DNA of 28,207 nt from a virus. Its lineage: Duplodnaviria > Caudoviricetes. Below, piece by piece: positions 7,897-16,401 of this stretch (the stretch's first letter is position 1; each line of letters begins with the position of its first letter). Under the pieces are notes generated by a model. The model was not told the DNA's origin. It saw only the letters and a program-made list of their open reading frames with translations, and did not search any database. The DNA is taken from IMG/VR virus record IMGVR_UViG_3300020420_000646, positions 1-28,207 of that record; one strand, 5' to 3'. Both the position numbers and the translations under genes were made by a program.

Positions 7897-9201
7897 ATGG
7901 CTTTGACTGCCTTAAAAGGTAAAAGTCTACGTAGGAAAAAACCAAGAAGAGTATCTAGTAAACTTAATGGTCCTAATTACGATAATGCACATAACTTAAA
8001 AGGTGAAGCATATGGAAAGTTTCTTTCTTATGCATTTGACTTTTACAGACTAGAACACAAAGGCTCCGACTATAAAAAATGGGTTCTAGAATATTTCACA
8101 AAACACGATAAAACAAAACTAACTTGGTTAAAGAAGTTGCCTGAAAATAGATTCGGGTCTACTATCGCTACCCTGTGTAAGGTTTCACTTATGGGAGTAC
8201 CTGACTATTGTGCGGAATACAATAAGTACTGGGAAGCACTACCAGGAACAATGGGATCCACTAAACCTTTGACCCAAAGTATAAATAGGTTTACAGGTGA
8301 ACTAATAGAATTAAGTATGAAACTAGCAGAAGAAAAGAAAAAAGAAGAAGAACCTTTTAGACCAGGACAAGGTAAAAAGGTATTAAAAGAGAAGATTAGT
8401 ATTCAAGAAAGAATACGTAACCAAGCCGTCTTTATGTTTGAACCAGTTGATATATGGTTAGACAAATGGTATGACGAGCAAGAAAAATATAATCCTAAAA
8501 GTTTCGACTTTGGCAAACATCTGCGTCAAGTTAATTGCACACAGGCTCATGCAAGGAAAATTAGAGAATGGTTAGACCCAGAACTATTAGAATTGCAAGA
8601 GGCAAGTAACCCACCTTCCAAGGCTGATCGTGATAAGATGAACGACTATGACAGAGATAGTGCTGAACAAATGATAGAAGCATATAGTTGTTACACAAAA
8701 AAATCATTGGAGAAAAAAGTACTTGCTCTACAAAATATCCTAGGTGCTTTGAACGTAATAATTGAAACTGCTAAAGCAAATAGGAAACCCCGTAAACGTG
8801 TTCGTAGCAAAGAGAAAATGGTTTCTAAATTAAAGTTCGCTCAAAGCGATGACAAATTTGCATTAGCAAGTATCAACCCACAAGAGATCATTAATGCAAG
8901 TGAACTATGGGTATTCAATACTAAAACACGTAAAATAGGCAAATATGTTGCTAAAACAATAGATCCGCTACATCAAGGACGTGAAGGCAGTGGATTAAGT
9001 GTAAAAGGAACAACCATACAAGACTATGACGAGAAGTTATCTATACAGAAAACACTACGTAAACCTGAGGAAAAACTTAAAGAATTTAAGGAATGTGGTG
9101 CCAGGAAAATAAAGACATTCCTAGACGAAATCAATGCAGTAGACATCAAATTAAACGGTCGTATTAATGCTGAGACGATTTTATTAAAAGCAATACTCTA
9201 A
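7897..9201 (+). CDS. Large basic hypothetical phage protein
   Basis: 434-aa Lys/Arg-rich ORF with AAGGAG SD; no function recognised. Confidence 0.8.
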   Translation: MALTALKGKSLRRKKPRRVSSKLNGPNYDNAHNLKGEAYGKFLSYAFDFYRLEHKGSDYKKWVLEYFTKHDKTKLTWLKKLPENRFGSTIATLCKVSLMGVPDYCAEYNKYWEALPGTMGSTKPLTQSINRFTGELIELSMKLAEEKKKEEEPFRPGQGKKVLKEKISIQERIRNQAVFMFEPVDIWLDKWYDEQEKYNPKSFDFGKHLRQVNCTQAHARKIREWLDPELLELQEASNPPSKADRDKMNDYDRDSAEQMIEAYSCYTKKSLEKKVLALQNILGALNVIIETAKANRKPRKRVRSKEKMVSKLKFAQSDDKFALASINPQEIINASELWVFNTKTRKIGKYVAKTIDPLHQGREGSGLSVKGTTIQDYDEKLSIQKTLRKPEEKLKEFKECGARKIKTFLDEINAVDIKLNGRINAETILLKAIL

Positions 9202-9209
9202 ACTCTTTG

Positions 9210-9217
9210 GATAAATA
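9210..9217 (+). promoter_or_regulatory. T4-type late promoter
   Basis: GATAAATA, 5 nt before ATG 9223. Confidence 0.65.
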
Positions 9218-9222
9218 TTAAT

Positions 9223-10353
9223 ATGAGCAACTATAACGACATAGATTCGGGTAAAATCAACGAAATTAAAAAAGGTTTACAATCCATTGGTGAAGCCATT
9301 GAAACAGTGGCACAACGAGTTGTACCTGACAAAGAACTTACTGATCACAGTATTAGTGGTAATAAAATCCAAGGCGGAAAAATTACACTTTTTAAAAGTA
9401 CTGGTATTGAAGATCTTGCAGGAAAGAAAGCATTAGTAGTTGATAACCAAGGGATCCTAGTTGACAATATTGAAACTAGTACTATCTCAGGAGGTGCCAC
9501 AGTTAAAGGAAACTTTACTGTTGAAGGAGAACTTACCACAGAAAAATTACACGTAAATGAATTGACTGCAGACATAAGAAACGAAAGAACAAGTTCACTT
9601 ACGTTTAATTCAGAAAGCGGCGACACACCATGGGGTAAAGGATTACAATGGCAGACTGCTGATCAAACTAAACAGTTTATTTTACAAGACCAAGGTATTT
9701 GGTCAAGTGAATCAATTGATATACAACGAGACAAAAGTTTTTCAATTGATAGAGTAAACGTTTTATCATCTGACACACTAGGTGAAACTGTTTTAAAATC
9801 AAGTCTTACAACTTTAGGTACTATTAACAATCTTAAAGCAACAGGAAGTTTAGAAGTTGATGAGTTTATATTTTATGATGCCAACCAAGAGAGATTAGGA
9901 ATAGGTACAGAAGGACCTAACGGACAATTAAGTATTGGTAGCATTGATAGTGAATTTATAGTTGACCCAGGTATTAGAAAAGTAACTGTTGGAACTTACA
10001 CAACAAGTGATTTAGAAGTTATAACAGATAACACTCCAAGGTTGACCATAGAAAACAATGGTAACATTGTATTAGGCACTAAAGGAAACTCTAATCCAAA
10101 GATTAGTTTACACGGAAAAGTTGGTGTAAACATTGCTTCGCCAGGCGAAGATGCAGACCTAAGTGTTTCAGGGCCGATTAAATTTATGAATAAAGTTTTT
10201 GCAGTAGGTGATGCTACACCTGTAGCCGGAGCATGGCAAACAGGAGATATAGTGTGGCATTCAAATCCAGCAGAAGGCGGTCATGTTGGATGGGTTTGTA
10301 TCAGAAGCGGTGCTCCAGGATCTTGGCAACCATTCGGCCGCATAGAGAAATAA
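9223..10353 (+). CDS. Putative virion structural / tail-fibre-like protein
   Basis: G/T/S-rich beta repeats, RLGIGTEGP and GKVGVNIASP fibre motifs, C-terminal GDIVWH..P..GGHVGWVC; late promoter. Confidence 0.65.
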   Translation: MSNYNDIDSGKINEIKKGLQSIGEAIETVAQRVVPDKELTDHSISGNKIQGGKITLFKSTGIEDLAGKKALVVDNQGILVDNIETSTISGGATVKGNFTVEGELTTEKLHVNELTADIRNERTSSLTFNSESGDTPWGKGLQWQTADQTKQFILQDQGIWSSESIDIQRDKSFSIDRVNVLSSDTLGETVLKSSLTTLGTINNLKATGSLEVDEFIFYDANQERLGIGTEGPNGQLSIGSIDSEFIVDPGIRKVTVGTYTTSDLEVITDNTPRLTIENNGNIVLGTKGNSNPKISLHGKVGVNIASPGEDADLSVSGPIKFMNKVFAVGDATPVAGAWQTGDIVWHSNPAEGGHVGWVCIRSGAPGSWQPFGRIEK

Positions 10354-10354
10354 A

Positions 10355-10654
10355 ATGAAAAAACTAAACAAACAAGTCCAGTGGTGGCACTGGGCGGGTA
10401 AAGTACTCCCAATGATAGCCTTGATGGTTCTTTGCCTTGTGATAGTTTTTGACCTTACAAAAATTAGAGACATAGTAGTATGTGCAATAGCGGTTGCCTT
10501 TGGTGCAGTTGCATTTACTTGGTGGTGGTGGGTAATGGGAGCAGTTAAGGCCCTTACAGATCTACTTACATCAGCACAAACAAGATTTGGTGAAGTGCTT
10601 ACCGAAATCAAAGACCTAAGAAAGGATATGAATGACAAAAATAAAAAGAAGTAG
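10355..10654 (+). CDS. Two-TM membrane protein with C-terminal coiled coil (holin/spanin-like candidate)
   Basis: Two hydrophobic helices, Trp clusters, heptad-like tail ending in KNKKK. Confidence 0.55.
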   Translation: MKKLNKQVQWWHWAGKVLPMIALMVLCLVIVFDLTKIRDIVVCAIAVAFGAVAFTWWWWVMGAVKALTDLLTSAQTRFGEVLTEIKDLRKDMNDKNKKK

Positions 10655-10838
10655 TATTATATTACTTTTTTTAATTACAGCCTGCTCTAATCCTAAACAA
10701 ATTCCAACTGACGTAACTAAACCAGAAGCGCCACAAACACAAGATAATCAAATACAGACAAACGGTCCTACGGACTTCCAAGGCATTGCTGACATACTAG
10801 GATGTATGTTTGCTCCTCAAACTTGTGAAAAAAATTAA
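10632..10838 (+). CDS. Small lipoprotein
   Basis: Basic N-terminus, IILLFL core, lipobox ITAC; AAGGA SD; Pro/Gln-rich linker and two further Cys. Confidence 0.7.
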   Translation: MTKIKRSSIILLFLITACSNPKQIPTDVTKPEAPQTQDNQIQTNGPTDFQGIADILGCMFAPQTCEKN

Positions 10839-13807
10839 TCTGTTGGGTTAAAGACTTCCTGAGCAGTCATACCCATTTGTCCTTTATTAAGATTGACAGT
10901 AACACTTCCAGTTGCGGCTATTAACTTAAAGTAAACTTCTTCGCCGTAGTTTGCTGAAGTTGTATGTCCTATTTTATGATGTAAGGTTGTGTATTCATCA
11001 TATGTTGCACCTGTTGTATCATGTGGTATTTGTATTTTATCTATGGTACTCCAACTTCCTGAATCGACCTTAGTTTGTAATTCAACGTATGCTTCAGCAG
11101 TTCCTTTTTTAACTGGTACACTATAATATATTTCTATGTTTTGTTCACCAGTAGAAGTAAAGTTGATTGCCATATCCGCTGGACTAGTATCTTGAATTGT
11201 ATTTCCTGCACTTACAGTTGTATCTAAACTTCCTCCTGCAATGCCTGGATAATTCTTTTGGTAGGCCCTTTGCATTGTACTATTAGCCAATGTAGCATAT
11301 ACAGTTGTTGTACCACTGTTGTTCTTATATATTTCAAATACAAATTTGTCAGTTTGGTTAGCATTACCTTTAGGTGGATTACCATAAGGTGTTCTCCACA
11401 CAACGTTTGCCGCGGCGCCACCTATCTTGAATCCAGGTACTCTTGCTACGCCACCTTGTTGTAGATTGATAATAATACTTTTAATTTCATTATTTGCAAG
11501 TGTTAAATTTGTAATGTTTGCATTGATTCCGCCGCCCGGTGTAGTCCAGAACACTTCATCACCAAACGCACTGGTAACATCAATATTGTAATCGCCTGTG
11601 TTTACATTATTTGATAATATCTTTCTTGTTATTCCATTTGTGAATAATTCATTTGCAATACTAATGTTATTGTTTGCATCACTGCTGATCAATAAATCAG
11701 ATCCATTGTAAAATTGGAAGACACCTTTCGTTGCATCTGCGGCATCTAATTTAAATTGTAATTTTGCACGTTCTACAAAGTCACCAGCGGAATATGCCAA
11801 TGCTCTTATGTTTGCAATTTCATCACCTGGACTTGCATTGGTAAATGTTATTCCACTATTGCCTCTGCCTTTGTAAAAGTCTAAGTTATTACCTTGTGTG
11901 TTAGTACCAAATGATCCTATGTTAATACCAGAACCTGCACCATACCCTGTTCCGCTTATACTTAAAGAACCGTATGGATTATTATTTGTTGAAAAAGTCG
12001 CAGTGGTTGTTGATTGAAATTTTTGACCCCACTTGACATAACCAACATTTGCTAGTGGACTATCATTGGAACCATCTGATTCATATAACCAAAAGCCTTT
12101 GTTTCCATTAGGCGGACTCATTTCTAAGTCATCTATGCTTATTTTATTTGCTACTGAATCTACAATAGTTGTACTATCATCTCCAAACACAGAACCTTTG
12201 AAGTCTCCATAGTATTCAACTGCTGAAACATTTCCTGATACAGTAATTCCACTTGCAGTAGTTTCTAGTCTTGGATTATTGTTAAAGTTAATAGTTTGTC
12301 CTGCACCAGCATTGGTTGAAATACTTGTTTTTGTACCGCCAGCATTTTGAAAATATGTTGTACCTGAACGTATAAACAAACTACCTGTGCCTACGTCATC
12401 TATGTAAGAGTTAAGACTATCATGATAAATTTCTAAGTCAGGTCCGTCACCTAACTTAATTTTATCATTATCTCTCATAGTCAAGTGTCCTTGAACACTT
12501 GGTGATAAAATTTTACCGTTAGCACCATCAATGATTACTGTTGAATCATCTGCACTTACAGACCCTTTTAGATCACCTACAAATATGTTTGAACTGATTG
12601 TGTTAAATCCTGTACCAACACCACTGTTAATATTTGCAGTTCCATCTGATAATGTACCTACTTCTAGGTTACCTGTTACTACGCCTGCTCCGTTTACAGT
12701 TAATCCGTTTGTGATTACACTTGTATTGAGAACTGGACCTGTAATTTTGCTATTGACTGCATCTATTAGTAAGGAACTATCATCACCAAACAATGATCCT
12801 GTAAAGTCACCGTCAAGTGTTCCTATAAAGTGTCCACGAAAGTTAGTTGCATAAATGTCTTTGAATGCCGTTCCATTGGCGCCTATATCAAATGTATTAC
12901 CACTTGCAGGTAAAACGTTTCTTACTGTGATGTTACCGCCTGCACTATTTGTTGTAAGTACAGGATTAGCAGTTACGCCATATAATTCATAAGTTAATTT
13001 TAAGTCTAAGTTAATAGTACCGCCATTACCTGACCATGTATAAGTTATTCTATACTTCTGACCAGTTGCAGTTGTTTCACTGTAATTTGCTGATACTTGA
13101 TAAGGAACGTCAACTGTATTTCCACTTTCAGTTGCAAGTGTTGTATATGTTCCTGGAGATCCTGGTATTTCTCTTTCAACAGTGACATTCATAGTTGCAC
13201 CGTTTTTAATCATGTATCCTGCACTATAAGAAAATAACCCTGTGCCTGCCTGTGTTACTATTTCATATTGTTGACTTGCCGCAGATGATGTTACTGCTCT
13301 AACACTTGGTACTAAATTAATTGGATTATCTATTGTACCTGACCCTTGTAAGTTAGCAGGTATAGTTGCAAATCCATCTGATCCTGCACTTGTGATATCA
13401 CCTATTTCTACATCTTCGATAAAAAGTTTTTCAGTAGTTATGCTACCACGTTTGGCTACTGAATGTAATGAGTCAACTTCTGCTACTGCAAAACTACTAA
13501 TCTGTAAACTGTTTGCACCTAATCTAGTAAGTTGTATTCCGCCTGCTTGTGAAAGTGCTATTGTTGATGTATTTGTGTTTACATCTGTTAGGTTGATGTT
13601 TGTAGTACCTAGTGGTACATCAAGATCATATTGTACATCAACTGTAAAAGTATCTGTACTAACGTTACCGCCTGTCCATTTGACACCTTGTCCTCTTTTT
13701 ATGTGAAGACTATCCGTGACTGCATCTGCTTCAATGTTATATTCAACAGTATTACCATCAGCAGAGTATAGTTTTATAAATCTAAAAAAGTCGTGTATTG
13801 CGGTCAT
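10835..13807 (-). CDS. Tail fibre / virion structural protein (about 990 aa)
   Basis: Start reassigned to ATG 13807 (MTAIHDFF) after an AGGA SD and late promoter, since the listed 13957 start overlaps the divergent gene; three GDxxGSxxxDDS repeats and a DNDKIKLGDGPDLEIYHD fibre motif. Confidence 0.75.
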   Translation of the reverse strand: MTAIHDFFRFIKLYSADGNTVEYNIEADAVTDSLHIKRGQGVKWTGGNVSTDTFTVDVQYDLDVPLGTTNINLTDVNTNTSTIALSQAGGIQLTRLGANSLQISSFAVAEVDSLHSVAKRGSITTEKLFIEDVEIGDITSAGSDGFATIPANLQGSGTIDNPINLVPSVRAVTSSAASQQYEIVTQAGTGLFSYSAGYMIKNGATMNVTVEREIPGSPGTYTTLATESGNTVDVPYQVSANYSETTATGQKYRITYTWSGNGGTINLDLKLTYELYGVTANPVLTTNSAGGNITVRNVLPASGNTFDIGANGTAFKDIYATNFRGHFIGTLDGDFTGSLFGDDSSLLIDAVNSKITGPVLNTSVITNGLTVNGAGVVTGNLEVGTLSDGTANINSGVGTGFNTISSNIFVGDLKGSVSADDSTVIIDGANGKILSPSVQGHLTMRDNDKIKLGDGPDLEIYHDSLNSYIDDVGTGSLFIRSGTTYFQNAGGTKTSISTNAGAGQTINFNNNPRLETTASGITVSGNVSAVEYYGDFKGSVFGDDSTTIVDSVANKISIDDLEMSPPNGNKGFWLYESDGSNDSPLANVGYVKWGQKFQSTTTATFSTNNNPYGSLSISGTGYGAGSGINIGSFGTNTQGNNLDFYKGRGNSGITFTNASPGDEIANIRALAYSAGDFVERAKLQFKLDAADATKGVFQFYNGSDLLISSDANNNISIANELFTNGITRKILSNNVNTGDYNIDVTSAFGDEVFWTTPGGGINANITNLTLANNEIKSIIINLQQGGVARVPGFKIGGAAANVVWRTPYGNPPKGNANQTDKFVFEIYKNNSGTTTVYATLANSTMQRAYQKNYPGIAGGSLDTTVSAGNTIQDTSPADMAINFTSTGEQNIEIYYSVPVKKGTAEAYVELQTKVDSGSWSTIDKIQIPHDTTGATYDEYTTLHHKIGHTTSANYGEEVYFKLIAATGSVTVNLNKGQMGMTAQEVFNPTD

Positions 13808-13834
13808 GTTTCGTATTTTTCCTAACTTACTACT

Positions 13835-13849
13835 GTATTTATTAAATAC
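13835..13849. promoter_or_regulatory. Back-to-back T4-type late promoters
   Basis: Palindrome GTATTTA-T-TAAATAC gives ATAAATA on the minus strand and TTAAATA on the plus strand between two divergent genes. Confidence 0.6.
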
Positions 13850-13852
13850 TGT

Positions 13853-14485
13853 ATGCTCATTATAGGTAACGGAGAGAGCCGTAAAGGCCTTGATATACAA
13901 AAATTTAACTGTCTTACAGTAGGTTGTAATGCTATTATACGCGAAACTAGAGTACATAATGTAGTCTGTTGTGATAAACGTATGGTAATAGAAGCATCAC
14001 AAAAGATGATTAATAACAAGACAGCAGTGTGGACTAGATATGACTGGAGATCACAGTTTCCAAAAATGCATAATTTATACCATTTTCCAAGTTTATGGTA
14101 TGAAGGAGGACTAAAACAGGATAATCCATTCCATTGGGGAAGTGGTCCTTATGCAGTTTTCGTAGGAGCAAGACTTCCAGGTAGATCCAAAGAAGTTATC
14201 CATATGATAGGATTTGATCTTTATCCTAAAGAAGATGGAAAGATTAATAATATATTTAAAGGGACTTTCAACTATAATGAAGAAGACTCAAATGGAGTTA
14301 ATCCTAGTTTCTGGATTTACCAAATAGGTAAAGTAATGGAAAGGTTTGATTCAAGAGAATTTAGAATTTACAATAAAGCGGATTGGAAAATGCCTGAATC
14401 TTGGAAACGTTTAGAAAATGTAAAATTTTGTCCACTAGGTGACAATCCCAAACAAATGGAAAGTTTATACGAGATCATTACATGA
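13853..14485 (+). CDS. Sialyltransferase/MptE(DUF115)-like nucleotide-binding transferase
   Basis: IIGNGESR, VGCNA, HWGSG and IHMIGFDL match the GNGxS...GxD pattern of this fold. Confidence 0.5.
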   Translation: MLIIGNGESRKGLDIQKFNCLTVGCNAIIRETRVHNVVCCDKRMVIEASQKMINNKTAVWTRYDWRSQFPKMHNLYHFPSLWYEGGLKQDNPFHWGSGPYAVFVGARLPGRSKEVIHMIGFDLYPKEDGKINNIFKGTFNYNEEDSNGVNPSFWIYQIGKVMERFDSREFRIYNKADWKMPESWKRLENVKFCPLGDNPKQMESLYEIIT

Positions 14486-15129
14486 AGAAAGAAAACTTTG
14501 CAATATTTCCTACATTAGTTTCTGCTTTTGATTTTAAAGGACACAGTCAAGAACAAACTTGTATAGACATCATAAACGGGTACGAGAATATGACTGACCA
14601 TGCTTTGATTAAAGGTGGGAAGAGTAGTTTTGTAGTAGGTGACGAACAGTTTCTTTTTGATAAAAGGCTAGATAAATTAAGATGGGATATACAAGGTGCT
14701 ATTGATAGTTACTGTGACGATGCAGGATTAGAACCTAGTCTGTTAAGCACTAGTTGGTTCAATGTTATGCAAGAAGGTGCAAACGTAGAAAAGCATAGAC
14801 ATGAAGGAAGTGTAGTAAGTGGTGCTTACTATCCTTATGTTGAAGATGAAAGTTGTCCTTTGATATTTGAAAGTCCATTACGCCAAGTTAGAATGTGTGA
14901 TGTATTTGAAAAGCAAAATGAATTTAGTAGTTACTATGTAAGTATGAAACCAAAAAATGGTTTACTGCTTATATTCCCTAGTTGGTTAGAACATAAAACT
15001 GATCCAAATTCTAGTGGTAAAAGAATAACTGTAAGTTTCAATACCATAAGAAGAAATCTTGTTCCGCATATAATTGCACAACAAAAGCATTATGGTAACT
15101 TTCCTGTTGACAAACAGGCAAACTTATAG
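14482..15129 (+). CDS. TIGR02466-like 2OG-Fe(II) oxygenase
   Basis: IFPT, SWFN, HRH..SVVSGAYY, GLLLIFPSWLEH, RITVSFN. Confidence 0.85.
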   Translation: MKKENFAIFPTLVSAFDFKGHSQEQTCIDIINGYENMTDHALIKGGKSSFVVGDEQFLFDKRLDKLRWDIQGAIDSYCDDAGLEPSLLSTSWFNVMQEGANVEKHRHEGSVVSGAYYPYVEDESCPLIFESPLRQVRMCDVFEKQNEFSSYYVSMKPKNGLLLIFPSWLEHKTDPNSSGKRITVSFNTIRRNLVPHIIAQQKHYGNFPVDKQANL

Positions 15130-15135
15130 TATATT
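15107..15135 (+). promoter_or_regulatory. Sigma70-type promoter for queD
   Basis: TTGACA (15107-15112), 17 nt, TATATT (15130-15135). Confidence 0.75.
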
Positions 15136-15142
15136 AGTAATA

Positions 15143-15185
15143 TGAGGACTTTAAAACGTCGACCCTCTTTAAATACTCCGCCGTT
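15143..15185 (+). ncRNA. Candidate cis-regulatory pseudoknot resembling a preQ1 class I riboswitch
   Basis: GAGG...ACCCTCTTTAAATACT in the queD 5' leader; P1 GAGG/CCTC; loop AACGTCG can pair with CGCCGTT. Confidence 0.4.
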
Positions 15186-15205
15186 AATGTTAATAGGAGA
15201 AACAT

Positions 15206-15658
15206 ATGAGTAAACATTATAGCACAAAACATTATGGACATAACATTGGGTTGAGTGCAGTCTTTAGACAACCAAATGCAGATCATTCACACTGCCATTT
15301 GCTACACGGATACAGTCTAGCATTTACATTTACTTTTGGTTGTGACAAATTAGATAACAAAAATTGGGCAGTAGACTTTGGTGGACTTAAACCTTTGAAG
15401 AAATGGTTGGAAGATAACTTCGATCATAAACTTTGTTTGGACAATGCAGATCCAATGGTTGACGAGTTCAAGAGATTAGAAGATTTAGATCTTGCAGAAA
15501 TTAGATACTTTGATGGTGTTGGTGCAGAGAAATTTGCCGAACACGCCTTTAACTATGCAGATGGTCTTATTAGAGAAGCAACACAAAATAGATGCTATGT
15601 TGTAAAGGTTGAGTGTGCAGAACACGGAGCCAATTCAGCAATTTATTCAAAAGAGTAG
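15206..15658 (+). CDS. queD: 6-carboxy-5,6,7,8-tetrahydropterin synthase (QueD/PTPS family)
   Basis: HCHLLHGY, WAVDFGGLK, FDHK, AEKFA and terminal E...NSA motifs of the T-fold PTPS family; AGGAG SD. Confidence 0.85.
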   Translation: MSKHYSTKHYGHNIGLSAVFRQPNADHSHCHLLHGYSLAFTFTFGCDKLDNKNWAVDFGGLKPLKKWLEDNFDHKLCLDNADPMVDEFKRLEDLDLAEIRYFDGVGAEKFAEHAFNYADGLIREATQNRCYVVKVECAEHGANSAIYSKE

Positions 15659-15668
15659 GTCCTTACTA

Positions 15669-16370
15669 ATGCAAAATTGGATCGTGTGTCTCAAGCATGG
15701 AGACAAATACAGTTCAGAATATGTAAACAAATTACATAATATGGTTCGTAGGAACTGTACACTTCCGTTTGAGTTTGCTTGTTACACAGAAAGGCCAGAA
15801 GGGTTAGATCCAGGTATTAAAGTATTTGCTTTACCAAATCTTGGAACTATATCAGGTTGGTGGTACAAGCCAATGTTCTTTGATCCTAACTTACCCACAC
15901 AAGGTAGGATTTTATATTTTGATTTAGATGTAATTGTTTTCAACAACATTGATAACCTTTGGACTTACGAACCAGATACGTTTTGTATTATTAGAGACTT
16001 CAATAGACACATAAGAGATGATTGGCAAAGAATGAACTCTAGTGTATTTAGATTACAAACAGGTCAGCACAAATACGTATATGAAAACTTTATTAGACAA
16101 CCAGAAACTAATTCAAAAAAAATGCACGGAGATCAAGATTGGATCTTTGCACACATAAAGAACGATTATAAATTTTGGCCAGATGAATGGATCCAAAGTT
16201 ATAAATGGGAAATGCGAGGTAAACCTACTATGGCAAGAGTTGATGGAGTAAGAAACTTCAGTCATCCAGGCATTCCTGAAATTAAACCAAAAACCAGTGT
16301 AGCAGTATTCCATGGAGAACCACACCCACATAATTGTATTGATCCTTGGTGCAAGGAAAACTGGTATTGA
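15669..16370 (+). CDS. GT-A fold glycosyltransferase (GT8-like)
   Basis: ATG 15669 (MQNWIVCLKHGDKY) preferred; WWYK, YFDLDVIV (DxD), MNSSV, GDQDWI, VFHGEPHP. Confidence 0.8.
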   Translation: MQNWIVCLKHGDKYSSEYVNKLHNMVRRNCTLPFEFACYTERPEGLDPGIKVFALPNLGTISGWWYKPMFFDPNLPTQGRILYFDLDVIVFNNIDNLWTYEPDTFCIIRDFNRHIRDDWQRMNSSVFRLQTGQHKYVYENFIRQPETNSKKMHGDQDWIFAHIKNDYKFWPDEWIQSYKWEMRGKPTMARVDGVRNFSHPGIPEIKPKTSVAVFHGEPHPHNCIDPWCKENWY

Positions 16371-16395
16371 CATTTACAATTAAATCTGTTATAAT
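16367..16395 (+). promoter_or_regulatory. Consensus sigma70 promoter with extended -10
   Basis: TTGACA (16367-16372), 17 nt, TGt-TATAAT (16390-16395); ATG follows 6 nt later. Confidence 0.85.
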
Positions 16396-16401
16396 TATAT
16401 T

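Noticed and set aside
13808-13957. 50-aa N-terminal extension of the listed 1040-aa minus ORF
   Set aside because: Overlaps the divergent gene and the late promoter; SD and composition favour ATG 13807.
15609-15668. Listed upstream start of the glycosyltransferase (also 5060 and 7536 starts)
   Set aside because: Downstream ATGs at 15669, 5114 and 7575 have SD-like sites; the 15609 and 7536 starts also overlap upstream genes.
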